DNA of 63,846 nucleotides, counting the filler, from Choristocarpus tenellus KU-1152 (Eukaryota; Protista; Phaeophyceae), in the NCBI GenBank assembly GCA_964200185.2. It is 14 parts of 14 records of this genome, joined end to end, with 100 filler letters (N's around TTAATTAATTAA, not from the genome) between each part and the next. Parts side by side here need not be neighbours in the genome. Positions count along the whole stretch, not along the records: positions 34,791 to 38,911 come from CAXNAD020016110.1; positions 39,012 to 41,930 come from CAXNAD020023660.1; positions 42,031 to 46,756 come from CAXNAD020013322.1; 11 more parts are not named here. One strand, written 5' to 3'. Shown here one piece after another: positions 35,443 through 46,856 of this stretch (the stretch's first letter is position 1; every line of letters starts with the position of its first letter). The position numbers and the translations under genes are program-made. The notes under the pieces were generated by a model. That model was not told the origin of the DNA, did not search any database, and was given only the letters and a program-made list of their open reading frames with translations.

Positions 35443-37042
35443 CTTAGGAGAGAGTGGAACCATGTCCAGAACCGCCCGTGCATCAAAGCGGTCAATGAGC
35501 ACATCATGCCTTCCGTTCCAGGGCATCAGGGCAGACTCCACACTCATCCCCCCTGGGTCCTTGCTGATCTAATCCAACAATTTTCAATCAATATGACAAG
35601 CATTGTAACAAAAGAAAACAGCAAGAAGTAGAACTGAAGCAAAATATGCAACGAGTGCGTTCTCAAGGTGCATTAGATACGATCGCTTACTCTTGATGCA
35701 TGGATGAGAGTAGACAGAAGAATTTACTATTTGAGAAGAACCATAGGTACCATGAAGATGATGGGATCCTGAGAGCATTCTAAAGCATGCAAAGGTAAAA
35801 ATCAACCAAGGTAGAGTACACATTCAAACACTTAGTGTCTTACATGATTTCTCTGGGGAGGGGGAGTAGGAAGAAGAGTAGTAAGAAGATGAGGGTAAAA
35901 GGTGAATAGGTCTGGAGCACATATACTCATACCATGTACCATGTATCCACATGCATGTAGTACAAAGCAGCATCTTCGATGACATCTTCACGTAGAAACA
36001 GTGGAGAAAGCAACACATGATAATCGTATATTATAAATCTTGAAGCAGAGATTCAACACACGAGAAACAACAGAATGTGGAGATGTATGTAAATGTATAC
36101 CGTATGAGATCAAAATATCCCTCTTTGACGATCGTACGGCCGACTTCTCACAGCTGTTTAAGATACACCCCCGCAAGAAGTCAACTCCTTCGCCACCACC
36201 TACCCACCCCCAACTTTTCACCTTGCAAGAGCGACCAGAGATTATGAGCGACTGGTGATGGTCACGGCTATGGGCACGCTGGAACTCTTTCATTCGCTCC
36301 TTTCGTGCCTGCGGGTCGTATCAGGAGAAGAGTTAAGAGGGGAACAGGACACGGAACCAGGTTCGGGATTGCACGAGGTGGGATTAGGTGTGGTGGGGTA
36401 GATCGGGTTGGGATTAGAATGAAGGTGAATGAAAAATATAAACAATCTAGTGCCTCACAATAACGACCGAGTCCCGTGCTGAGGTAGGCAAAAGAGATAC
36501 TGATAATGGATCGGAAAAATCAGCGTGCAAAGTGTACAGGTGTTGCTTTGGGTTGGGAGGACTGAGGATAGGAAGTTCTGGCTGCGGCTACCTCAAACAT
36601 CATATCGAAATTTATATTATGCTGGACAAAAATCGAAGGCCTGACAGAAGCAAGCTCCCCTATACATATCGGTCACTCTATACCGAATCATTACAATTGA
36701 TCAGACGAAGTTTAGACCTGGAATCGCCTCTGTGCTACACTCATAATCATCTACCACCGACCCATGAGCCCTTGTACTCTGTAAACTCTCTCTTCCAAGA
36801 TTAAATGTTTACAAATTTCACTCTAACCCCAAGGACCAACATCTTTTGTTAGAGTGAGGAGATCCTACAACCTTCACAAATGTCACAAGCGCATCTTACT
36901 CCACACCTCAACCACTAACGGAATGAAGAGGGAATGATTCGTAAGTGAGATACTACTTTTACATTTCATATACCTTGTTCTCCTTGGCATGTCTCCGTAA
37001 CCATTTGTCATGCCTCCGCGCCTCGTGGTAATAGTCAGCCAT
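35443..37042 (-). CDS. CLASRP: CLASRP-like SR-related splicing regulator (DRY_EERY-type N-terminus), first three exons
   Basis: Exon 37042-36974 reads MADYYHEARRHDKWLRRHAKENK, exon 36308-36222 reads ARKERMKEFQRAHSRDHHQSLIISGRSCK and exon 35568-35443 reads ISKDPGGMSVESALMPWNGRHDVLIDRFDARAVLDMVP. These match the CLASRP pattern WHEARK..QFLQVHGR.CK..MPWQGD..IDRFDVRAHLD. All are phase 0. Confidence 0.88.
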
Positions 37043-38237
37043 GATGGGATAAGTGATCAACCAGTTATCTACCTTGTCCAAGCAAACAACAGAAAAGAGA
37101 ACCTCAGATCGTATTTGCGCGAAACATTCCGCGCGCGGTGCTCACGCGCCAAAAATGAACACTGCTTGCTACTACTACTACTATTCTGTTGTGTTAGTAT
37201 TGAATTGTGTTTGTACATTTATTTGTACATTTGTATTATCATGGTGAGTAACATTTTTGACATTCGCTATTTTGTTCAGGTGTGTTGGATCAAAAGTAAA
37301 TCACTTTTACTACTTGAGTTGTAGTAACTCCCCCCCTTTCGTATTGTACTCGTCTAGTACTCTGTCCCAGTCGATGTCAGACCACAGCCTTCAGCTCAGA
37401 ATACACTTCCCACTCAAACTAGTTAACCGCACTGCACAGGCCACGTAACTCTATCGCAACCATTACACTCTCCTTGTGTAAGCATCTATCTCACGAAACC
37501 AAAGTCCTTCCTTAAATGATGGGTTACTCCCCCACATACCTTGAGAACATACACACTCTGTCCTTTCTCAGTTTGTCTTAAAACTCCATTCTCTTCCCTA
37601 CTCCAGCATCACCACACCCCTAACTTAATCTACCGCAGAGAAATGTGTGTAAGACCATTGCGCACATTTCATATTTGGTCACTACTTAGAAGACCTTCCC
37701 ACTAATCAATGAATTACCTATGACACACACCCCTTAAGTTTCTTGTCCTCCTGTCCCTACTCTACCACCACACTGTGCTGTCCACTTTAATACTCCTCAG
37801 GTACACTCATTTTACTTAGCGTAGATAGGGCCAAGCATTTGGTTGTATTAGTCTTTCCCCATAAGAATACTCCACCATCATGCAGTACCCCAAACCCAAG
37901 TTACCACAGCTATACCATCCGTGCATGCATCATATTACTCAGTCTTGCCCTGGCACCACACAGTCCCTTATCACCTAGATTTACCCCCTCCACCCAAATT
38001 CACGGTGTATGCACTCCAATCAGTTCCTTCAGCAACCATGCATTTACGCATCACACTACACTCCCACAAAACTCACCACATATGCCACTCCCCCCCAAGT
38101 ATCACGTGTCAGTATCCCCAGATACTCTACCAGTACATTCCACATCTCACTCAATTCTCATTCTCCTCTCTCCCTTCCCTGACCCCATTCTGCTCTCTCC
38201 ACCCTGGGATTGTTTTACCACCGCATCCCCACACAAA

Positions 38238-38621
38238 GCACACATCTCTGGCTCGGCCTACAATGAATGGATCCCCAGTTCTGATGTTCCCAATCTCAAA
38301 ACTGTGATTAATATATGTATCCTTGTTTCCTTTGAGAGTGTTCATCCCAAAGGTCATCGGATACAATCATAGTCAGTTCACATCTGGTCTAATCTGAGTA
38401 TACACTTTCGCCTTCTGAACCACACCTTGAGAAGTTACGAAGCATATATGTCTGAGTTGGCCTACAAATAGTGAGTTCCCAGTTCTAATCTTCCCAATTA
38501 CAGCTGTGATTAATGTACATCCTTGTTTCCTTTGGGAATGTCCATCCCCAAAGTCACACGATACAATCATAGTCAGTTCACATCTAGCCTAATCTGAATA
38601 TATACTTGTTCCTTCCGAACC
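38238..38621. repeat. Diverged tandem duplication, period about 200 bp
   Basis: 38238-38421 and 38442-38621 share GGCCTACAA..CCCAGTTCT..CTGTGATTAAT..ATCCTTGTTTCCTTTG..GATACAATCATAGTCAGTTCACATCT. Confidence 0.85.
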
Positions 38622-38804
38622 TTTCAAGGTTATGCTTTAAATTAATGCGTGAAAATTATTACTAACAATAAGTTGCTTGATCGTTAGCGAGTTATTGGAG
38701 AACTGTTGGATAAATGTTGGATAACGGGATAATTAATAGTAATCTCTCTCTGCTGATTGAGTGACCATGGGAACATCATCCAGACTATTTTATTACAGTA
38801 AGAA

Positions 38805-38911
38805 GACCTAAAGTATCTGGGGGGGGGGGGGCGGGCTACACCGGGGGGCCCATTTGTCTCGGAACCAGGGAAAGCGTACTTCCATTTGTTCGGGGCAAAT
38901 AGCGGGACCAT
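38805..38911 (+). mobile_element. MITE family B-like, partial copy at a contig end
   Basis: It begins GACCTAAAGTATCTGGGGGGG..CTACACC. Confidence 0.7.
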
Positions 38912-39699
38912 NNNNNNNNNNNNNNNNNNNNNNNNNNNNNNNNNNNNNNNNNNNNTTAATTAATTAANNNNNNNNNNNNNNNNNNNNNNNNNNNNNNNNN
39001 NNNNNNNNNNNGTTTATCCTAGTAAAAGGCGAGGGTAAAGTTCGTGATGCGATGGCCCCAGAGATGCTTGACGCACGACATCATTTCTGTTCTATAAGCA
39101 AAATTTTACATACCCACATGTGTTTGAAACAGAACTGGAGATTATCAACAATCGACCATTTCCAGAACAACAACTGCCTGAAGAGTTCTCCATGTGTAGT
39201 CAGACTTTCAAACTAGTCAAACTTCAAAACCTTTTTTGGAGCAACTCTGTATCTCTGGTCTAGTATGATACGTAGATGGATCGAATGTGACTGAAACATT
39301 TTGGGGTATTTCTTGTTCGATAAGACTCTTCCAACTCTATCGGGCAGTTACGGTAAAATGTATGGAATATTGAACAATCAATTTGTGGTTGAGGTATCAG
39401 AAACTTTTGCTAGAGACTATTTGTATGAGAATTTTTCTCATATAAATGAAAATACTTCTGATTCTATGGGATATTGCATGCGTCACTTAACTTTAATCGA
39501 TCACTCTACTGACACCAAGCAATCTCGCTGGGTTTATCACCTGTATCCTCTTTGATGATTTGGGAGATACTTTAACACAATAGATTGAACCTTATGTTTC
39601 TAACCCATCATTTCATCATGTCTACACGGGGAGATTCGATTCAAGAAGTGCAGTAACCTGTTCCTTCCGAGGGTCCATCTGTCCAAGAATTCAGACTGC

Positions 39700-41282
39700 T
39701 TATGGCGACGGTAGCGGAGTTGTCAAGAAACGTTGGCAATCTCATGGTTCAGCCTGAAGAGTCGGCGACGGAAATCATCCCGTCGTTCAGGCCGCTGTGC
39801 CCAGCACACCGCCTCCGGCTAAGGACGTGCCAGTTGAAGTGGGTCCTATGGAACCCATGTTGAGGGCAAAGTTTCCATTTTTGGAAACGGTTTGGTTGCT
39901 GTGAGCATCAGAAGTGGGGCGAGCCGGAGGTCTGGTTCTTCGGAGAGCTTGGGGTCAGGTGCACATATTGTTCGCCCTACGACAAAGAGATCAAGAAACC
40001 AACCACCAAAACTATTGGACGACTCGGACTACCGGGACTGGCAGAGGCGTTTCATCGTGCATTGCGGATATACCCACTGCTTGGGTGTGTTGAAAAGTGA
40101 AAGACTGGTCAATCAAGAATGCTCCTACGAGGAGCTTCTCTCGGACGGCTTTAGTACGAATGATATCTGGATGGCCGAAGAGGCCTACCATGCACTTACT
40201 GTTGCTCTCGTCACACCCACCACCAGGGCACTATGCTATACGCACCAAAGCCCGAGCAAGCGTTTCTGAGCAATAGATGATTGGTTCATGCCTAGTACAG
40301 TGGGTATTAGCCAACATTTGTTCTGTGAGCTTTTCACTTCAAAGGTGGAGAAGGGGGCGAATCCGATCCTGACCTTAAACCACCTAGAAGAGCTATGGGG
40401 AAGGATGCTATCAATGGACCTGGTGATCTTGGACAAGCTGCTGCTCCTACAGTTCCTGAGTGCTCTCGGATCAGATTACGATACCGAGATGCGCATGATG
40501 GCCTCACAGAGAACACCATGTCGAGCAGATGTAGAGCAAACTGCTAGAGAGCGATATGCTTCCCTTTATCAGGGGAAGGACTCAAGACACAAGAACAGCC
40601 ATGCTTTGGTTGTTAACAGCTTACCACAAGGGAAGAGCCAGTCTCATCGCAACGGCCAAGGTCGCGGCGCCGAACGTAAATTTAATGATGGAAAGAACAA
40701 TGGTTCTAGTTACAACCCAAAACGTCCCGAAAAGATTCCTTGTGAGAGATGTGGAAAGCATGGACATAAGAAGACAGCTTGCCAAAACCGCATTTGCACC
40801 AAATGTGGTGAACGTGCCCATGACACTACAACATGTACTGCAGTGTTCTTGACTACGGTGCAGTCTGGGAAAGAAGAGATCGAGACCGAGGCGAATTCTT
40901 CCCACATTACTGTGGAAAGTATCACCAGCTGCGGCAACAACTAGCGATACGCACTACTGGCCGCCACTGAGGACTCTCTGAGCAGCAATACTCCTGGCAA
41001 GTGGGGGGCAAACGATTGTTTGGTGTCAAGTGTTGAGTTGGCCGCGAGAAAGAAGAATAGATTTTGGACAATGCAGCCTGTCATATGACAAATATGGTAC
41101 AATCCACGACAAATTACAAGCGTTGTGTTGGAGACCAAAGGGTAGTCACTGCCAGCCAAAATTCCTTTTGCATCGCTGGTCATGGTGATATAACTATCTT
41201 CTTTCCGTCACGTGACAACAAGGAGGTAGAAATACTCCTTCAAAATGTCGCCCATGTCCCCGATCTGGGATTCAATCTTTTA
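39700..41282 (+). mobile_element. Ty1/Copia gag-protease remnant
   Basis: It contains gag-like PPKLLDDSDYRDWQRRF and FLSALGSDYD, the zinc knuckles CERCGKHGHKKTAC and CTKCGERAHDTTTC, and the protease region ILDNAACHMT..LQNVAHVPDLGFNLL. It has stops and frameshifts and is truncated by a MITE. The 5' boundary is approximate. Confidence 0.85.
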
Positions 41283-41371
41283 GTAAGAAAATCGCATAAA
41301 AAACCCATGGGAAGCCAAGCCCAAAATGGACAAACAGGGCAAACCTCGTACCCTCTAAGATACCTTCACTC
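41283..41371 (-). mobile_element. MITE family A fragment
   Basis: It reads AAATGGACAAACAGGGCAAACCTCGTACCCTCTAAGATACCTTCACTC. Confidence 0.75.
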
Positions 41372-41795
41372 AACCCATGTATGGTTACCTTTCCAACATC
41401 TAACCCAGAGCGGCGCGTAAATCCTTTTGATCTTCATCTTTCACTTTCACGGTTCCACAGTATTTTTTCCTGCTTAGGGTGCTTGTTCCAAATCGGTATA
41501 AACCACCCCCAACCGTCTTGCTGTGCTTTGGAAATTGATCGCCTTTACAATCCGACACGACACATCAAATTTCTTCATTACTGTCTGCCCTATGTTAAAC
41601 ACAAACCTGTGCATTGTTGTCCTCCCGACGTCTAACCTGGGGCGGCGCGTAAATCTTTTTCGTCTGCGTACGGTATTAGTGCATTCTTCTTGTGTACAAT
41701 ATTCCTTCCATATTGGCAGGGTTTACCGTTCGCTGCACGTTCGCAAATAGCAGTCTTCATTGAAAGTGCTACGCCATCCATTGCCATTCCGCTAT

Positions 41796-41930
41796 GAGTG
41801 AAAGTATCTTCGAGGGTACGAGTTTTGCCCTGTTTGTCCATTTGAGGCTTGACTTCCCGTAGGTGTTTTTGTGACATTTGACCCAAAGTATCTGGGAAGG
41901 AGGGGGGGTCTGCACCAGGGTGTCCATTTG
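41796..41930 (+). mobile_element. MITE family A start (41796-41879) with a nested family B start (41880-41930)
   Basis: GAGTGAAAGTATCTTCGAGGGTACGAG is followed by GACCCAAAGTATCTGGG. Confidence 0.75.
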
Positions 41931-42047
41931 NNNNNNNNNNNNNNNNNNNNNNNNNNNNNNNNNNNNNNNNNNNNTTAATTAATTAANNNNNNNNNNNNNN
42001 NNNNNNNNNNNNNNNNNNNNNNNNNNNNNNCAATCCTGTCCTCAACT

Positions 42048-42295
42048 GGGCCAAAGTATTTTAGAGGGTAGTACCGCGTCCATTTGGGTGCCAAAATCCA
42101 ATGTTGCGATTTTGATGTAATTTTGGCTGTCGTGTTTGTTAGTAAGTGTTAATATCCATGTTGCGGACACACCTTTTCATAACATATACTCCTAAACATT
42201 TTGGAGTAGGAAAATGTCATAAAAGAACCCATCGGAAGCCAAACCCCAAATGGACAAACAGGGAAAAACTCGTACCCTCTAAGATACTTTCACTC
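42048..42295 (-). mobile_element. MITE family A, complete, ACT target site duplication
   Basis: It reads ACT|GGGCCAAAGTATTTTAGAGGGTA...TACCCTCTAAGATACTTTCACTC|ACT. Confidence 0.88.
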
Positions 42296-42395
42296 ACTCG
42301 AGTAACAACTCTAAAACTGCGAATGGTGAGTTAGAGAGGTGCACACAACCACTGAAGCAGATTGTGACCACTTTACCTGAGAGCATAGCATGGCA

Positions 42396-45300
42396 TCAAC
42401 AAGGTTTCTTGAAGGCAAGACTAGATAACAAATAGAATCCATTTTTTGTCAAGACAAGTGCTGAACTTTGGTGAATTGACCAGCACCTTCGTTGACAGGG
42501 GAATGGAACAACAGCTGCATGATGGTACACTTTGAAGTACTTGGGTGTACCCAGATGCAGAAAGTATAGCAGATTGTTCCTCGAGTGTATGGGAAGGTAG
42601 GGCCACCCACCGGTCCAATCCCCAACAAACATGAGGTATGTCCGGCCATCTCTTCCCTTCTTGAAGTAGGCTGTCATTGATTCAATAGGAAGTCTCCCCC
42701 TTGTCACCTTTAATGGAATGGGGAGGTGATAGAGGTGGGGTGTTTGGAGTCAATGCATTAGGTTAGGGTTAATATGTTATACAAATCATGGTACATACTA
42801 CTTCTCTTTGAGAATTTTTTTTTTAGTTATTAAATACCTCCAAACTGGTCTATGTACTCTTACCTGGACGTATTGAATGTGTAGTTGAGTGTTGGGGAAT
42901 ACGGTGATTTTCAATGCAGTCGACAGCATGCCTAAGTTCAAATCAAGTAAGCTTGTGTGGGATCGATTCATCGCTCTAAATGTGTTGGAGTTAGTCAACA
43001 TAATGCTGGGATAGGCTGAAGGACTAGAAAACAGTACCTTGGGAGGACAAAGAATTCATACTTACTTACTTGTCAAAACCTCAGTCTTAGGTTAAGTTTG
43101 AGTAAGGTTTGGGTAGGTGGAAGGCAAGGGTACTATACTTGCTGCCAGGTTTTAGGTTAAGAATATCATAAAATACCTGATAGAGAGAAAGATGATTGAA
43201 AGTCAGGCTTACTATTGAAACGTAGATGGCTAAGATGAATGATAGCTTGCAACATAGTGGACACAGGGCACTGCAGTTTGGAGACCTTTTTGCTGAATAC
43301 AGGTCTTCAACTGACGACAGGAGAGTAGAGAACAAGACATCTATACTTATTGTCACTGTCAAGTTTTCTATTTTTCTCCTCACGAGATAGAACGTGCCAA
43401 ACGTGAGCATTCCTCCAACTCTCTAGAAATACTTTGTGTAACAAACAGTACATTGTACTGCTAGAATGTGCCCATATATAATTATCACTTCAATGCATAA
43501 ACATGAATGTCTTTTAGAGTAGTAGCCCTTCCAGGGACCTACAGTAATTTCAGCTAGATATTTCCTGCTCATCATGCCAACCTGTTTCGTTTTTTCTGTT
43601 CTAATACACCTGAGTGATGTGCTCAGCAACAGACGTGCAATCCTGCCCAATGGCTTCCCTTAATGGTGCACTCTGCACCGGCTCAATGTAGCTGCGTTTC
43701 ACCCCGAGCTCTTGAGTGTCCTCAAAGGTAACACAGCTGATCATGACATGCGCAATGAGAGGGCCCAGGTGTCCTATGTGAGGTGTTGATGGTGATAAAT
43801 GAAGTAAAAAAATAATGCTTCTTGGGCACAAAAAAGTGGGATATCTTACACCACTCAAGTGCGTATGGATACTGTTGCCGTGCTGGCACTGATGCACAAA
43901 TATATCTGGTTGTGTAGAGGTGGGAACTCTTGACTACACTAATCTTTGTACATACTGCACTGCAGAAGGTGTAGGTGATTTTTGTGTTCATGCACCCTTC
44001 ATGTACGTGTGTAGGTAAACCCGACTGAGAGTGACCCAAAGATGGTTAGCTTAGGCTGAGTAGGTAGGTGGTTGGTGTCAACATCACGCGAAAATGCCTA
44101 CAAGTCATAGTAGCCTAAGGGGGGGTACTGTTGAGTCTAAGGGACCCCTACGGCTGTCTTCTGGTATATGAACTCCTAGCACTCTGGAGGGCGATTTCGT
44201 GCTTGTATGGTTGAATGTTTTTCTCCTGTTCTACAGTCACAGCTCCTGATGGAAGTCAGCAGCATTTTGGTCATGAGGTGTCATGCAGAATATTTTATAA
44301 GTCCATCACACTCAGAAGGGTCAAAATCTACCCCCCTCCAGGATACTATGGTTCTTTGCATACAAGGAACATGAAAACTAGAACATGCTATTACAATACT
44401 CTAACGAAATTGTTCCAGAGTGAAGGGTTAGGGTTAGGGTTAGGGTTAGAGTTAAAGTATCTTGGAGGGTAGAGCCGCGTCCATTTGGGGGACAATACCT
44501 AAGGTTTCAATTTTGATGTAATTTTGCCTATCATGTTTATTAGGAGATGTCAATATCCTTGTTCCGATCACACCTTTTCATAATCTATATATATATTTTA
44601 CCTATACTCTGAAACATCTTGGAGTAGGTAAAATATCATTAAAAATCCATGGGAAGTCAAGACCCAAATGGACAAACAGGGAAAATCTCGTACCCTCTGA
44701 CATACTTTCACTCTTACATTTAGGAAAATTACTGCCCACGCAACTTTGCTTTGTACAACAGCCACAACTATCATATATATATGTTCGATGTGACAGAGAG
44801 GGAGAGATTTGGGATTGCTCTACTTTGCACGAGTGATACTTCTGGACTCCTCCCCTTCGGCCCTCTACCTCCCATAGTATTCACCCAATTTTAAATAGCA
44901 ACTAAGCAAGTTGTGAAGTAAACCCATACTGCTAGTGATCATCCATGCATGTGACTCTGCAAAGGTTTGATCTCAAGTACCTCCACTGGCCCCCCCTCAG
45001 CCCAAGTCACCAGTCTACTTTGATGCTGCCAAATTCTCATCCCAATCCCCAGTATACACTCCTCTCATGTAAGCGCGCTTGCTTGCTTGCTTGCATGCAT
45101 GCTTGTGTGCGTTTGCACCGGCATGTCGATCAGCATGCACTACTTCAGAGTACATAGCACTACATAGTAAACCCACAAATTATATCATTGAAAGCTAAGA
45201 GGGTAAGAAAGGTTTATCTAAACGCCAATTTGCATATAGCAGTAAGTACGTTACACACCAGATCACTCTCTTCCTCCTTGAAGACATTAAAAACAAAGAG

Positions 45301-46231
45301 AAGGTGAAAAATTCCTGCGCGTGCCTGTGTGTGTGCGCGCGCATGCGCCCACTTGTCCTACACTAGAGTATGTTTTATAAGGTACTATGTCTTGCATGTG
45401 TCTGAGGTGTGAATGTATTAATACTGGAATGTGTGCTCATATGAATTCAATGGACTGACCTGTCCTCACACGAGACGTTCAGCTGTCCCGACCTGAACTC
45501 GTTTGTGGAGCGCTCAAGACTCGTTACCCCCAAGCTCTTTGCCCAACAGCATCTGATGAGCGCATTCCTCTGTTCTACAGGGCGCACAAATCGCTGCAGA
45601 ATTGTCCACCCCGGGCCACCCCATCCGTTCCCCATCCCTTGCTCCGACCTACACAAAGATGCTTCCCCCCCATTCCCACTAAGAGACCATATCTTATGGG
45701 AGTTCTCTCCAGAAAAAACGCTCAAATCTGCCCCATCCTTATCACCCCGACAATCAATAGGATGTTCGTAATCTCTCAAGGTCACATCCTGCCCCATATC
45801 CTCCTTCTTCCTAGTCTTCAATGTCCGAGTCCACCCTCCCCCATTCTGTAGCTTCCCCTTTGCGCAATCTTGAAGGAATTTATTCACTTCCACTTCTCCA
45901 CCTCTGCCATACCCTCTATTTCCACAATTCTCTTCCCCTCCTCCTCCCTTGTCAAAATCTTGCAAAGATTTTATTCTTGGTGAGGAGTTCATCCAAGACG
46001 AATCAGAGCTCTCTTGGTCAAACAGAAATGCAGAGAGCTCTTCGCTAGTCAAGTGGTGTATTCCAGGTCTCACATCAGTTCCCAGCTTCCTCAACGTGCT
46101 GTCTTCTATGCTGGAGTAGTGACAGTTGGTCTCTGCTTCTAAATTTTCATACATAGAGTGTCCCTGTAATGAAGATAATTTCATACGTGAGTTCTGAGTG
46201 AGTGTCTTGCAGCAATAGGAGCAACTTGTAC
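42396..46231 (-). CDS. Uncharacterised multi-exon protein
   Basis: Phase-compatible exons are about 46231/46184-45460 (..ILQRFVRPVEQRNALIRCCW..LERSTN..), 43736-43610 (CVTFEDTQE..CTSVAEHITQ) and 42707 to about 42396 (VTRGRLPIESMTAYFKKGRDGRTYLMF). The 5' and 3' limits are uncertain. Confidence 0.65.
44424..44448. repeat. Interstitial telomere-type (TTAGGG)n, about 4 units
   Basis: AGGGTTAGGGTTAGGGTTAGGGTTA directly abuts a MITE. Confidence 0.8.
44449..44713 (-). mobile_element. MITE family A, complete, TTA target site duplication
   Basis: It reads TTA|GAGTTAAAGTATCTTGGAGGGTAG...TACCCTCTGACATACTTTCACTC|TTA. Confidence 0.88.
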
Positions 46232-46677
46232 CTGTTACAGGAATAACTCCTCCAAAAAATAGCCAGTGTCCAGCAAGAAAAAGAAACGATGTGTCACCGG
46301 CTCTTCTGAGATCAAAAAGGCAAGAAGGAAGTTGTTATTCAAGCCAAGATCTAAGCTGACATGGTCATACGGGCCATTCATGATATCAGAAAAGTCCTAG
46401 AGCCATTTGAGGGTTGATGATTTTCCACCCTCCACAAACTTAGGGAAAATATTTTAGATTGTGTTCAAGTAGTATTCAAGATTTAACCTCAACATAATCC
46501 CCAGATCTCAAAGTAACATATGAAGCTCAACATATTTCGAAGGAGTTTCCTATACATTGTTGAGTGCAACAAAAATCAATATCTCAACAATTCCATTCTA
46601 CCTTTGATTCAAAAAACTCCGTACAAAAAAAAAGGGATAAAACTCCCACGTTAAAATTCCACCGTTGTTCTGGCGGT

Positions 46678-46756
46678 GATCCAAAGTATCTGGGGGGGGG
46701 GGGGGTTACACCAGGGGGTCCATTTGGTCAAAATTAGGAAATGTGCATTTAACTTA
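46678..46756 (+). mobile_element. MITE family B, partial copy at a contig end
   Basis: It reads GATCCAAAGTATCTGGGGGG..ACACCAGGGGGTCCATTTGG. Confidence 0.75.
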
Positions 46757-46856
46757 NNNNNNNNNNNNNNNNNNNNNNNNNNNNNNNNNNNNNNNNNNNN
46801 TTAATTAATTAANNNNNNNNNNNNNNNNNNNNNNNNNNNNNNNNNNNNNNNNNNNN

